From NCBI GenBank assembly GCA_964016885.1, contig OZ024742.1:262322001-262386000 (forward strand): 64,000 nt of DNA. Direction: 5' to 3'. Both the position numbers and the translations under genes were made by a program. This document shows positions 49,552 to 62,387 of this stretch, one piece after another. Below the pieces are notes generated by a model. It made no database searches. It had not been told where the DNA came from and saw only the letters and a program-made list of their open reading frames with translations. Position 1 is the first letter of the stretch; the number at the start of each line of letters is the position of its first letter. The stretch comes from Eledone cirrhosa. Lineage: Eukaryota.

Positions 49552-49874
49552 GGACTGCCTTACCCGATTTTTTTCAATTATCATTTACAGTGATCAACTA
49601 TTATTATAGTCATTTACAGTAAGGGTGACGACATGTCAAATTTTAAGGTTAAACATTTTATTTTTAGAAATGACATTGACAGGCGCAAAAATGTTCCATG
49701 GCTATGCTATTTATTATTCGTTCGTTGCTCAAAATTGTAAATTTTTCACTGTTGAATATATATAAACTGATAATAAATATTTATTGCTGCAAGCACATAA
49801 CTTATTGTTTTATGGATGGAACACGTCATATTCAGTTTCTTCACCAAATTGTAACGTAGCTGTGCTTGTGGATA

Positions 49875-49944
<70 letters not shown>

Positions 49945-50680
49945 ATATCTATATCTATATATAAAGAGAGAGACAACTAAATAGAGTAAGGGAGAGAGAT
50001 AAGAAGAGATAGTTGACACAGTCAACAAAAAAAAAACCAAACAAAACAAACGTTTGTTTTATATTTGTGTTCCATGAATTCTAAATAAAAGTTGCATCAC
50101 TGTGTCTTCCTATTTATTGTACACTGCGCAATGTAAATGTAGCATAGTCGAATGGTTAAGAAGTTCACTTTGCAATCATTAGATCCCAGACTCAATACCA
50201 CTGTAGTTGTGATGGTGGTGGTGTGTGTAGAAGTGGTTGTGCGTAGTAATGGTGTTGTAGGTGGTAATCTCTTATCACGATGTATTGTTTTAGTATATAA
50301 ATGTAGAGGAACGTAGGTGTGGGTTGTTGATTGTGTTTAGGGATATTTGTGTGTTAGTGGGAGTGGGAGTGGGAGAAGTTGAGTGGAGGTGGTTGAGTAT
50401 ATGTGAGGGTATTCGGATGATTAACAGGCTACTAACTAATTGCTGATGGCCAGAGGTGAGTTTTTATTGCTCAGCTATGGTGACACTGACTACTGATGGC
50501 CAAAGATGTGTTTTTACTGCTCAGCTATGGTGACCCTGACAGTTTGTTTAGAGGTGCAGGGCGGGGGGACCTTAGGCATGATCAATCCCCTCAAATAATT
50601 ATATTTTTCTCCCCAAACTACCAAAACACACATCTATTTGTATATGCGCTACAATATATGTACATGCTATGTTTATCACA

Positions 50681-50960
50681 GTGGAGGCACGTGGCCTAGT
50701 GGTAGGGGTGTTGGACTTACGATCATAATGTCGTGGGTTCGATTCGTGTGTTGTGTTCTTGAGCAAAACACTTCATTTCACGTTGCTCTATTATACTCAG
50801 CTGAAAATGTGTACCAGCGATAGCTGGGGGTTTAAATCTGCGATGGACTGGCGTCCTGACCAGGGGGAAGTCTTGTACTCTCAGTCGCTTCACGCCATGA
50901 CACCGGGATAAGCACCGGCCAAATGAGCCTTCTGGCTTAAGACAGACTTTAGACTTTTAT
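50681..50960 (+). mobile_element. CORE-type SINE with a different tail
   Basis: TGGCCTAGTGG...GGTTCGATTC...TTCTTGAGCAAAACACTT...CTCAGCTGAAAATG. Confidence 0.75.
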
Positions 50961-51374
50961 GTTTATCACATATCGTTTTTTATATATCTTGGTTGATATT
51001 TGGTAATAACAGTGTATTTTAGTAAAAAAATTTTTGTCTTGTCATAATCTTTTCTCCACATATCACTATTTGCCAATTGCATAAGTCATTTTGCTATAAT
51101 TACTTTGTAATTATTGAAAGCTGTAAATATAATATGACCTGTTTGGACTCAAGTTGTATTTTCTGATTAGCTAAACTAATAACTACAATAAAATTGACCA
51201 AATTTGCCCCCAATCCACCCCCACCCAATCCAGAAATGTTTTCACCGCCCTTGAGGTGGATGTATGTTTCACTGTTCAGCTAAAGCATGTTCCATTTTCG
51301 TTTGCATTTCTGTGTTGTGACTATGATTTCAGTTTTTCGTCACAGTTTTTCGTTTTTTTTTTACCCAGTACAGT

Positions 51375-51826
51375 TGTAGCGAAATCTGTCCACGCCTTGA
51401 ACCCTGGGTGACACCTAAAAGTCAAATTCTAGGTCACCATCCTTTTCGGTGTAGACAGGTTCATGCGTGGGCGATCCCTCGAGGTGGGAGACAGAAAGCG
51501 ACAGGTATATAAAGCCTGTATTATCCCACGTTTGAGATAGAGAGATCGGAGCAGTACTCTATAGACAAGCTATGTAAAGATTCACTACTACCTACAGGCC
51601 TCTGAGGTCTACAGTCAACCACAGACCATTACTCTCTCTTTCTCCTGGTCTCAGACTACACCAGCTTCATGAACCAACAACAAAATAACATCGTCAACCT
51701 TCGCGACTCGTGGTAACTTGTTTATTGTTCTTTTTGACTGAAGTGAAGTAAACCTTTTTATATATAAAGTAAATCAGCTATTTTTGTTATTTCATCAAAC
51801 AACCACCACTAATACCCTTCGTTACA
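51375..51826 (+). mobile_element. Solo LTR (Gypsy-like)
   Basis: TG...CA ends with terminal inverted match TGTAGCGAA / TTCGTTACA, internal TATATAAA box, flanks CAGT / TAGT (4-bp TSD with one mismatch). Confidence 0.7.
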
Positions 51827-52032
51827 TAGTGGCCCATAGTGGCCTTGCATTGCCAAATTACTTGCATAGCCAACCTGTCTCAGTATGTCATGGTTGCACT
51901 TCATGTCTCTAAGTTGGGGTGCGGGAAATGTTTTCTGGATATATATAATAATTATATCTCTGTGTCTGTTTGATTGGGGTTGTTCTGGGAGCTAAACAAC
52001 AACACCAACAGTACTACCATAAATTACATTAG

Positions 52033-52065
<33 letters not shown>

Positions 52066-52282
52066 ACGCACACGCACACACTCATGCTCACACAATCGTA
52101 GAAATAAATGCATGTACACACACATACATACATACACACATACATACATACACACATACATACATACATACATACATGATGACTGTGCCCTCGTTATCGA
52201 GTATGGCCATTGCACGAGGAGAGAAAAAAAAAATTAATAAATATATAAAAAAGAAAAAAAAAAAATATATATATATATATAT

Positions 52283-52921
52283 ATATGAAAAATATGGGGA
52301 GAAGAATACTTCATGGTTGCACATGGATTACATATTATAAAATGAGTCCCTCATCAGTGATTTGCCAACGATCATTGGTATTTCATCGCATTAAAAATCA
52401 TATACCTCATGTTGGTGCGACAATAACTAAAATAAGTTATTGGGACAAGTGAAACGCGCAAAGCGAGTGAGACAAGTAAACAACACAGGGGAAAGCTAAC
52501 CGAAGATGGAAAGAAAAACAAGCAACATGGTTATTCTGTCAGCATAAACTAGGTGAATTCATGAGCGTGTAAGAAACAGACCTTTCGCTAGTGAATTTGA
52601 TGTGAGAAAGAAGGAAAATCGGATTCGTAGCGAACGGGAGGAAGTGAGAAGGGGAGAAACAGAGAGTGAGTGAGTGGAAGTGCGAGGAAGAGGTCAGTAG
52701 AGAGAAAGTGTTAACTGACATGACAGAGGGAACGAAAGAAAGTAAGAGATACAGAGAGAACGAGGGAGCAGTAAGAGAGAAAGAGAGAAACATAGAATCG
52801 CAGTTTAGGTAAATATATGAAAAATATGGGGAGAAGAATACTGCATGGTTGCACATGGATTACATATTATAAAATGAGTTCCTCATCAGTGATTTGCCAA
52901 CGATCATTGGTATTTCATCGC
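52283..52921. mobile_element. Non-coding element with about 105-bp terminal direct repeats
   Basis: About 52283-52390 matches 52814-52921; a diverged third copy lies at about 47500-47605. Confidence 0.6.
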
Positions 52922-52945
52922 AACACACACACATACATTAATAAC

Positions 52946-52983
<38 letters not shown>

Positions 52984-53094
52984 CAATAATAATAACGACA
53001 ACAACAATAATAATATACATATACATATATATATACACATACACGCACACCGATAAGCATATCTATACACACGCACACACACACACGATAGCAA

Positions 53095-55857
53095 CTAACA
53101 GCGTTGCGATCGAATGTGGCTTTTTCGCCCAGCCAATGATCTAAAATGTCTTGCACAGAGTCGGCAACCAAAACATTCACTGGGAATAGTCGGCTGTGGT
53201 TGGAGTTCGTGTACTTTTGCATGTCGCTTGAGCCCTCCTGCTGATTTACATTCTCTACCATATGTTTGGCAAGCATGATGAGTAGCATCTCCAACAGCAG
53301 CCTGGTAGTCAACCACTGGTCTTACTTTATGACTGCGAAGATGACTTTCGAGTCCAGCTTTGCTTAGGCAGAGTCTCGCACAGACGCTGCATGTTAGCAC
53401 CATAGCAGGACCCTCGCCGTCTGGAAGTGCAACAGCAATGCCCTTCCTCACATCCCGCTTTACTTTCTCATATGCGATTCGAGATGCCTCAAAGGCAACT
53501 TTTCCCTCATATACAGTCTTTCTCCATTTATTACGATCAGCAGCAACATTTTCCCATGTATCAGCAGAGATGTTTGCGTCTTTCAGAGAGGCTTTCAAGG
53601 AATCCTTATACCTCTTTTTTGGTTTATGTGGCGGTCGTTTTCCTTTAACCAACTCTCCATAAAAGAGTTGTTTTGGTATTCTAGAATCCTTCATCCTGGC
53701 AAGGTGACCACTCCAACGGAGTCGTTGCTTAAGCACAAGAGCTTCTATACTGTCACACATAGAGCTTTCCAAAATCTCGACATCACTGATGTGGTCCCTC
53801 CAGTGAACGCCATGGATCCGTCTGAGACACATCTGATGGAAACGCTCCAATTGCTTAAGGTTGTGTCGATATGTGACCCAGGTCTCGCAGGCATTAAGAA
53901 GACAAGAGAGCACACATGCCCTGTACACCTTTACCTTTGTCCTCCTGCATATGTCTCGCCGACCCCAGAGTCGCCTTTCTAGCTTTCCGAAAGCATCACT
54001 TGCTTTCCTAATCCTAAGTGAGATTTCACTGTCAAGGTTGCTGTATCGATTGACAGTGCTTCCCAGGTAGACAAACTGATCAACCACTCCAAGTCGTTTG
54101 CCATACACATAGATGTTTGGTTCAGTGTACTGCTTACCAGGGGCAGGTTGGTACATGACGACGGTTTTCTTGAGACTGACAGTCAATCCTAGGGCAGTCC
54201 AAGCGTCAGAAAATGCATTCAAAATGTGCCGCATATCACTCTCTGTGTGCGCTACAAGATCGCAATCATCTGCATACAAGAGGTCTCTTATGATTGATGT
54301 AAATACTTTTGTCTTCGCAGCAAAGCGCCTGATGTTAAATACGCTGCCTGAGGTTCGATATCGGATGTAAACACCATGCTCGCAATTCCTGAATGCAATA
54401 CAGAAAACCATTGCAAAGTATATGGCAAACAGGGTCGGTGCTGGAATATCCCCCTGTTTCACTCCATTTTTTACTGAGATAGGCTCCGACATGTTACCTC
54501 CGATATTAACCCAAGCCTTCATGTCGTCATGGAAAGACTTAACTAAAGCAAGGAACTTATCAGGGCAACCAAGTTTCTGGAGAACCTTCCATAATGCATC
54601 TCTGTTAACAGTATCGAAAGCTTTTGTCAGATCGACAAAAACCTGATACAGATCCAAGCCTTGTTCCATGCACTTCTCCTGGAGCTGTCTAGCTGAGAAG
54701 ATCATATCAGTAGTGCCGCGTCCAGTATGAAAACCAGATTGACTTTCAGGAAGAACACAATCTGCAATGTGTGTCAGCAGACGGTCCAGAAGCACCCTAC
54801 ATAAAACTTTCCCTACGACAGAAAGCAATGATATACCTCTGTAGTTCCCACAATCATTCCTGTTACCCTTTCCCTTGTACAAGACCACCATTACTGCATC
54901 TCTCCAGTCCTCAGGTACGGATTCATTAGCCCATATCCTTCCAAAAAAAGAGTGAAGATGCTGCAGGAGTCTCTCACCACCATATTGTAGGAGTACAGCA
55001 TGTATGCCATCCATACCTGGAGACCTTCCACTGTTCAGCTTCGAAATAGCCACTGCAACCTCCACAAGCGTCGGAGGTTCTGCGAGAGCTACTTTCACAG
55101 GACTTTCTGGAATGAGATTGAGGAAATCTTCACTGACGACAGACGGCTGATTCAAAAGATCATCAAATTGCTCTCGCCACCTTCGTAGAATTCCTTGTGA
55201 GTCACGAAGAAGTTCTTTGCCATCCTTGCTGCGAAGCGGTGTCACCAAAGAAGAAGACGGTCCATAAACCTCACGCAAGAGACTGTACAACAGCTTTGTG
55301 TTATTGGAATCTGACGCAGTTTGTATCTCACCAGCCTTCTCACTCCACCACTGATCCTTCATCTGAGAAAGACTCCGCCTAACACGTGATTTTACATCCC
55401 TGAGTTCCCCATGCAACGTATTCCTCTCCTGTGGTTTTGCCGTCAAGTAGCGTGACAGAGCACGCCTCTTATCAGCCAACAAGTCTTCTATATGTACATC
55501 AGTCTCATTAAACCAGTCCTGATGTTTTCTCTGCACCAATCCCAGAACACGCCTGCCTACATCATAAACCGACTTTTTAAGGGTTGGCCAATCCTCACCA
55601 AGATCTGCAGCCTGCATCTTTTCTTCCAATGTCCTTTTCACATTTTTATCCTTAAGACGAGCAGCATTCAATCTTTTGGGCAGGGCAACACCAGGAGCCC
55701 GGATTTTACGTTTAGTGATTAGTTTCACTTTTGCGCGTACCAGGCGGTGGTCCGTCCAGCACTCAGTTCCACGGAGAGCACGAACACACTGCACATCCTG
55801 TCTGTCACGCATCCTGACTAGGACGTAGTCCAAAAGATGCCATTCCTTAGATGCCAA
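53095..55857 (-). CDS. RTE (BovB-like) LINE ORF: end of APE, RT and three C-terminal C2H2-type fingers; 5'-truncated
   Basis: WHLLDYVLVR...TDHRLV, NYRGISLL, DLTKAFD, GVKQG, YADD, then CSVC...H..H, CQTY...HAKVH and CRLC...HIRS; 920 aa open. Confidence 0.95.
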   Translation of the reverse strand: MASKEWHLLDYVLVRMRDRQDVQCVRALRGTECWTDHRLVRAKVKLITKRKIRAPGVALPKRLNAARLKDKNVKRTLEEKMQAADLGEDWPTLKKSVYDVGRRVLGLVQRKHQDWFNETDVHIEDLLADKRRALSRYLTAKPQERNTLHGELRDVKSRVRRSLSQMKDQWWSEKAGEIQTASDSNNTKLLYSLLREVYGPSSSLVTPLRSKDGKELLRDSQGILRRWREQFDDLLNQPSVVSEDFLNLIPESPVKVALAEPPTLVEVAVAISKLNSGRSPGMDGIHAVLLQYGGERLLQHLHSFFGRIWANESVPEDWRDAVMVVLYKGKGNRNDCGNYRGISLLSVVGKVLCRVLLDRLLTHIADCVLPESQSGFHTGRGTTDMIFSARQLQEKCMEQGLDLYQVFVDLTKAFDTVNRDALWKVLQKLGCPDKFLALVKSFHDDMKAWVNIGGNMSEPISVKNGVKQGDIPAPTLFAIYFAMVFCIAFRNCEHGVYIRYRTSGSVFNIRRFAAKTKVFTSIIRDLLYADDCDLVAHTESDMRHILNAFSDAWTALGLTVSLKKTVVMYQPAPGKQYTEPNIYVYGKRLGVVDQFVYLGSTVNRYSNLDSEISLRIRKASDAFGKLERRLWGRRDICRRTKVKVYRACVLSCLLNACETWVTYRHNLKQLERFHQMCLRRIHGVHWRDHISDVEILESSMCDSIEALVLKQRLRWSGHLARMKDSRIPKQLFYGELVKGKRPPHKPKKRYKDSLKASLKDANISADTWENVAADRNKWRKTVYEGKVAFEASRIAYEKVKRDVRKGIAVALPDGEGPAMVLTCSVCARLCLSKAGLESHLRSHKVRPVVDYQAAVGDATHHACQTYGRECKSAGGLKRHAKVHELQPQPTIPSECFGCRLCARHFRSLAGRKSHIRSQRC

Positions 55858-56437
55858 TTATCTTTTTTGTTCCAGAACCTAAATTGCCAATTATCTCTTT
55901 TATATTGTTCTGGAACATCATTGAATTTGAAAAAAAAAAAAAAAAAAAAAAAGTAATAATAATAGTAATAATAATAATAATAGTACACTATTAATAATTA
56001 TTAATGCACTCGTGCAATGCCTGTGCGTGACGAATATTTTTAAAGTGAGGAAAGACTGTGCACTGAGCCAATCCCACTCTCTGAGCGACAGTAGCTATAA
56101 CCCGAAAAGAAGAAAAGATCAACATCATCGGTAACTACTGAGCCGCAGGTTTTATGTCGGAGTTAACCCAGTTTCCTGAGATGCCTTCTCCTAGAAGGAT
56201 GCCCTGACAAGGGCTAGGGGTTCTTCACTCCCAGTTGTTTAACTGCGCGATCGGGCATCCAGCCCGATTATTTCTATGTCCCCGCGCGCAAAAAAAAAAA
56301 AAAAACCCCTCATTTATTGACACTTATACGTACGACATACACACACGCGCATACATATGCGCGCACACACACGCATACATACGCGCGCGCACAGCAACAC
56401 TCATACATACAAACAAACACACACACGCTACTCACTT

Positions 56438-56473
<36 letters not shown>

Positions 56474-56841
56474 TACCGTCATTACTGATACAAGATTATA
56501 AGATTATGTCAACTGTTGACTTTCAAGAGTTTGTATATTTGAAGCCGTTCGTATTACAGTTCAGTATTATTATAATTGCTTTACAGCACAGAGTTATGGC
56601 TCTCCACGCTCTGAGCTTAAATCCCGCCGAGGTCAACCTTGCCTTTCATCCCCACGGAGTCAACAAAAGAGAGTACCAGTGATGCGCTGTACCAGTCGCT
56701 GGATCCGTGCCAAAAGCAGAAAAATTATTATTAAAGTTGTTTTCTAAAAGCCCGGTGGCTGGTGATGGTGATGGCGGCGGTGGTGGTGGTGGTGGCAGTT
56801 GATATTGTTGTTGTTGTTGTGTGCGTGTGTGTGTTTTGTTA

Positions 56842-56872
<31 letters not shown>

Positions 56873-57019
56873 TTTTGATGCCGCTGTTCTTGTTGTAAAT
56901 GTTCATTTCAGTTCATTCTGAAGCTGTTGTTGCTGTAAACATTAGTGCCGGTGTTGTTGTTGTAGATGTTGGGGTTGAAATCTGGTCGTTTGACTGAGTG
57001 ATGTATATACACACATATA

Positions 57020-57078
57020 CATTACCCTATCTAGACTAAAGTCATCGACCTGTTGTCAAACTCTCTACTCTCTGTTGA

Positions 57079-57118
<40 letters not shown>

Positions 57119-57210
57119 TCTCTGTTGAATGTGTATATATATATACACATTCAACAGAGAGTAGAGAGTTTGACAACAGGTCGATGACTTTAGTCTAGAT
57201 GGGGTAATGA
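57020..57210. repeat. Nested inverted repeat (about 65 bp) around TA
   Basis: CATTACCCTATCTAGACTAAAGTCATCGACC...GAATGTG vs its reverse complement at about 57146-57209. Confidence 0.85.
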
Positions 57211-57685
57211 CATGTGATGGTGGGGAGAGAGTGTAGACGTTATTGTGGTGGTGGGGACAGTGAGATGTATCTAGTTCAATTGTCCGTTTTCTTCTCTTTG
57301 CAAAATTTGAATTTTAGCCATGTTATATTGAGATGTAAGTAAATGTAAAATGTAAAATATAAATAAGGATTGCCCTGCTAAAATATACTAAAATATTTGT
57401 GTAACTTCCACAAACTTCTGTCGTGACATTCCCGAGTCCAGTGACCAACAAATTGTTGTATTTTGATGTTTCAGAATACAAAAATTAATTAAAAACTTAC
57501 CCCACGAAAAGACAGCGTGTGTTGTCCTATCTATAAGCTCCCTCATAGCATCCATCCATCCATCCATCCATCCATACATACATACATACATACATACATA
57601 CATACATACACACATACATACATACATACATACATACATACATACATACATACATACATCAATACATGCATAAATTCATATATAT

Positions 57686-57740
<55 letters not shown>

Positions 57741-58840
57741 CATAAATAACTACACACACACATACATATACAACTACACACATACATACAGACAACCGCA
57801 AGGTTATAATCACTAGTTACGGTATCGATCTAATCTTGATGTAATTAGGGCCACAACAAGACAGATTATCTGACCAGACGGATTGACAGCTCTGTGTTAT
57901 TGTAATAATGTCCTAAATACTGTGTGTGTAGTATGTGCGTGTGTATGTAGTGTGTGGTGGGTGGTATATGTATGTAAGTATGTATGTATGTATATATATA
58001 TATATATAAATATGTATGTATGTATGTATGAATGTATGTATGTATATGTATGCATGTTATTTATGCATGTATGTATGTGTGTATATTTTGAGTTTTTATT
58101 TATTTATTTTTTTTTTTTAATAATAATTTTTCTGCTTTGGCACGGATCCAGCGATTGGCTCAGCGCATTACTGGTACTCTCTTTTGTTGACTCCGTGGGG
58201 ATGAAAGGCAAGGTTGACCTCGGCGGGATTTGAGCTCAGAGCGTGGAGGGCCATAACTCTGTGCTGTAAAGCAATTATAATAATACTGAACTGTAATACG
58301 AACGGCTTCAACTATACGAACTCTTGAAAGTCAACAGTTGACATAATCTTATAATCTTGTATCAGTAATGACGGTAATATATATATATATGTGTGTGTAA
58401 GTGAGTAGCGTGTGTGTTTGTTTGTATGTATGAGTGTTGCTGTGTGCGCGCGTATGTATGTGTGTGTGTGCGTGTGTGTGTATGCCGTACGTATAAGTGT
58501 CAATAAGTGAGTTTTTTTTTTTTTTTTTTTTTTTGCGCGGGGACATAGAAATAATCGGGCTGGATGCCCGATCGCGCAGTTAAACCACTGGGAGTGAAGA
58601 ACCCCTAGCCCTTGTCAGGGCATTCTTCTAGGAGAAGGCATCTCAGGAAACTGGGTTAACTCCGACATAAAACCTGCGGCTCAGTAGTTACCGATGATGT
58701 CGATCTTTTCTTCTTTTCGGGTTATAACTACTGTCGCTCAGAGAGTGGGATTGGCTCAGTGCACAGTCTTTGCTCACTTTAAAAATATTCGTCACGCACA
58801 GGCATTGCACGATTGCATTAATTAATAATTATTATTAATA

Positions 58841-59510
58841 GCCGGGCATGTCCGAGATGCGCGCAGGGCGACGAAACCGTCCTGCACGCACTCGTCCAGT
58901 GTCCGAGCATTGCTGACTTGTGGGTTTATGTCGAACACCTGCTGTCGCGTGTAGGACAGATCCAGCTATCAGCTGAGTCCATCGTGAGGATTGCCCCGCC
59001 CTCTTCCTTTAGCCGGGAAGGGCAGGAAGTTTTTATCTGTCTGGTGGCCATGGCGAAAGAGATAGTATGGTGGGCACGTTTGAAAGGGCTGAAGACGAGA
59101 CCGTACCTCTTCGGTGATGCCCTGATTAACTTTTTCAAATTTCATTTGAAAAGGAAATCAGGGTAGAGAGGGAAGTGCTCTCTTCCCAGCATTTTGTTGA
59201 AAGATGGGTGAGAGAGGCAAAATGGCCCGAGTGAATGGGCCTACTCTGAGTATGTGTCTGTAAATTAAAGATGGAAAACTGGGAGAGGGCACTTGCCCTG
59301 GTGGTCAGGGTCACTGTGACTTTTTAATGGGCTTTCTCCACGAATGTCCCTCGGAAGTCTCCCCCGTATTGGGGTATTTTTCATTGTTATTTTTTTGTTA
59401 CATCCTCTGTTTTTTTTTTTACACGCAGAAATGCCCATTTGTACCGTCCTGTATTGTACTGTACTGTCCTTAATGTCTACTTTATGTAAACCCTTGTGGT
59501 TAATAAAGAA
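58841..59510 (+). mobile_element. Tx1/L1-like LINE 3' fragment
   Basis: CPRCAQGDETVLHALVQCPSIADLW...AKEIVWWAR (CCHC zf-RVT-like knuckle); 3'UTR with AATAAA at about 59502. Confidence 0.75.
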
Positions 59511-59517
59511 ATCATCA

Positions 59518-59573
<56 letters not shown>

Positions 59574-59915
59574 GTTCAAATTCTGAGTTCAAATCCCGCC
59601 TAGGTTAACTTTGCCTTTCATCCTTACGGGGTCGATAAAATAAAGTACCAGTAATGCACTGGGTAATTGCTGGCTTTGTGCCAAAAGTAGAAACAATTAT
59701 ATATATAACGATTGAATTTATTTTGTTTGTAGCGTGTGAAGAGGTAGTTTGAGTTTGGAATTATTGTTAGTTGCCAAAAGTAGAAACAATTATTATTATT
59801 ATTGTTACTATTATTATTACTTTTTTTTTTTTTTCTCCCAATTCAATGATGTTGCAGAACAATATAAAAGAGATAATTGGCAATTTAGGTTCTGGAACAA
59901 AAAAGATAATTGGCA

Positions 59916-60079
59916 ATAAGGACAGGGGCCCCAGGTTATCACAGCCTGGGCCCGCTCGTCATCGTGCCATTGTAATAGAGCCAAACAAGGCACTTAGTCT
60001 TGGCTTCTGGAACGTACGGACGCTGCTTGACAGGGATTCCTTGGAGCGTCCTGAACGAAGGACCGCTCTTGTTGCCAGA
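59916..60079 (+). mobile_element. RTE LINE 5' coding fragment (APE N-terminus)
   Basis: LSLGFWNVRTLLDRDSLERPERRTALVAR. Confidence 0.85.
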
Positions 60080-60699
60080 TGATTGAACGTCTGAAAGTAT
60101 ATACTTTCCTTATGCATATTAATGCATATATATGTACGTATGGATTCACGTGCATGTATATATATATATACATACTACTGTACGTCTGTATACATATATG
60201 TATGTACGTGTACATACTTATATTTAAGTAACAGCCGTACTAAGAGTGAGAAATGAAATTTCGTTTCATTTTTTCCGTTTATCGTTTTCGGTACCCCGGC
60301 CGATTAACCCACTCGATATGCAAATTAGGCTGCTCAGCCGTTAATATGCATAAGGAAAGTATATACTTTCAGACGTTCAATCATCTGGCAGGAAGGTATA
60401 CGTTGCTGACGATAGCTAATAAGCTTGAAACTAGTACAGCATTCCTTTGTCAGGGTTGAACAAATGAGCAACGGTGGTTGCTAGACACTACGGCTTAATA
60501 CGGGATGTTTGTTTACAAACACACCGAGCATTATAATAAATGTTCGGTGAATCCATACGTACATATATATATGTGTGCATGTATGTATATATACATACTA
60601 CTGTACGTCTGTATACATATATGTATGTACGTATACATACTTATATTTAAGTGTCAGCCGTACTAAGAGTGAGAAATGAAATTTCGTTTCATTTTTTCC

Positions 60700-60705
<6 letters not shown>
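60073..60705 (+). mobile_element. Retrozyme-like non-autonomous element (about 425-bp monomer, partial tandem, inverted 5' pieces)
   Basis: Direct repeat about 60150-60282 vs 60575-60705; inverted 60073-60122 vs 60341-60390; contains a hammerhead. Confidence 0.75.
60402..60440 (+). ncRNA. Minimal type-I hammerhead ribozyme
   Basis: gttg CTGACGA T agct aata agct T GAAA ctag TA cagc; palindromic stem III, GUA site. Confidence 0.82.
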
Positions 60706-60739
<34 letters not shown>

Positions 60740-60849
60740 CTCGTGCAATGGCCATACTCGATAACGAGGGGCAGCCATCATGTATGTATATATTTATATA
60801 TGTATGCATGCATGTATGTATGTATGCGTGTATGTGTGTATATATATGA

Positions 60850-61350
60850 GATCAAGTCAGGAAGTGAACACTTTGAAACTCGTTGAAGACAACACCTAAC
60901 ACTGAAAAGGAAGTTGAGGAAAAGAGACTGTTCTGAACTGCCTGCTGTTGAGTATCATCTGGTTTGACAGCACTGTGGTCGAGTCTGCCTGAGCAAAGCT
61001 GGTTTGATTAGACATGAACAAAGTCATATCAGTAGACCTCATGTAGATTATGATCTGAAAAGGTGTAAGGAATGTGGCAAGGAATGTGCTAACATGGGAG
61101 GTCTTAAAAGACATGAGAACACACAGTCAGAACCTAGCAGTGGAAAGTCTCAGAGGAGCCTACAGTTGCCATGTGTGTGCCAGAGGGTGCAAGTCTTTGG
61201 CTGGTTTAAAGAGCCACATTCGTGCCTCACATTTCTGAACATTTTATCAGGCGATGGCATTGCTCGAACACGAGTTTACGGCCATCATGTATGTATGTAT
61301 GTATGTATGTATGTATGTATGTATGTATGTATGTATGTATGTATGTATGT
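60850..61350 (+). mobile_element. 3' end of a zinc-finger RTE with (TATG)n tail
   Basis: Broken CLSKAGL.RH, CKECGKECANMGGLKRH and [21 protein letters not shown], then GCTCGAACACGAG...GCCATCA(TGTA)n. Confidence 0.8.
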
Positions 61351-61577
61351 TCTTCTGGTTTTATAATTTCACAAAGTTTTACGAATAGAGAGAGAGTCGG
61401 TTTCTAACATAGACACAAGATTCTCTCATTGGAATTTACACAACATCAACTAGGTAGATATGTATGTATGCATGCATGTGTAGATATGGATGTTGTTGTA
61501 TGTGTGGATGTGTATGTTTTGAGTTGTATGTGTGCATGTGTATATGCTTTGCATCTGTACATGTGTATATGCAGTTA

Positions 61578-62085
61578 TTAGATGCAACATTTCTGGAATA
61601 TTTTACATATTTTTACTGTTCCATTAATGGATTGTACTTGTAATTTTCTAACTAGTTGTGTTCTTTCTGTTCCTGTGAAGCCTAGCTTCTCAAGAGTTGT
61701 ATTGAGGCAATTACTAACATACCCCAGTGCCCCAATAACCACAGGCATAAATCTGAAGGTGTAATCAGGGTGGAGTATCTGCAGATTTCTCATCAGTTCT
61801 GCATAAATATTCTCCTTTCCACTAATCTTTGATATTATATTGGCATCTGCTGGGCAGCTAATTTCCATAACTGTGCATGCTTTCTTCTCCCTGTCCCATA
61901 TCATAATATCTGGTCTGTTATACCTGCATTTTATTGGGGTTTTTACTGGAACATTCCACCAGTATTCTTTCATATTATGTACATGGATGTCTTCCACATT
62001 GCTGTAGCTTTTAATGTGTTTATTATCGGGGCTATCTTTTTTACGAACTGCATTGTACAGTGTTTTGGCCACTACACCATGCCTC

Positions 62086-62088
<3 letters not shown>
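61578..62088 (-). mobile_element. R4/Dong-like non-LTR element, C-terminal restriction-like endonuclease fragment
   Basis: RHGVVA...YWWN...NRPDIMIWD...MEISCP...K.NIY...PVVIGALG. Confidence 0.8.
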
Positions 62089-62116
<28 letters not shown>

Positions 62117-62387
62117 TGTATGTATGTATGTATGTATGTATGTATGTATGTATGTATGTATGTATGTATGTATGTATGTATGCATGCATGTATGCATGCA
62201 TGTATGTATGCATGTATGTATGTATGCATGCATGTTTGTATGTATGTATGTATGTATGCATGTATGTATGCATGCATGTATGTATGTATGTATGTATGTA
62301 TGTATGTATGTATGTATGTATGTATGCATGCATGCATGCATGTATGTATGTATGCATGTATGTATGTATACATTATGTATACATATG

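Larger units (their letters stand above)
55852..59915. repeat. About 4-kb composite inverted duplication
   Basis: 55852-55985 vs about 59790-59915 and 55990-56730 vs 58120-58840; right arm interrupted by 58841-59790. Confidence 0.85.

Noticed and set aside
52300-52390. Possible type II/III hammerhead (minus CTGATGAG with upstream GAAA)
   Set aside because: U16.1 is missing and stem II does not form; kept only as an unexplained repeat.
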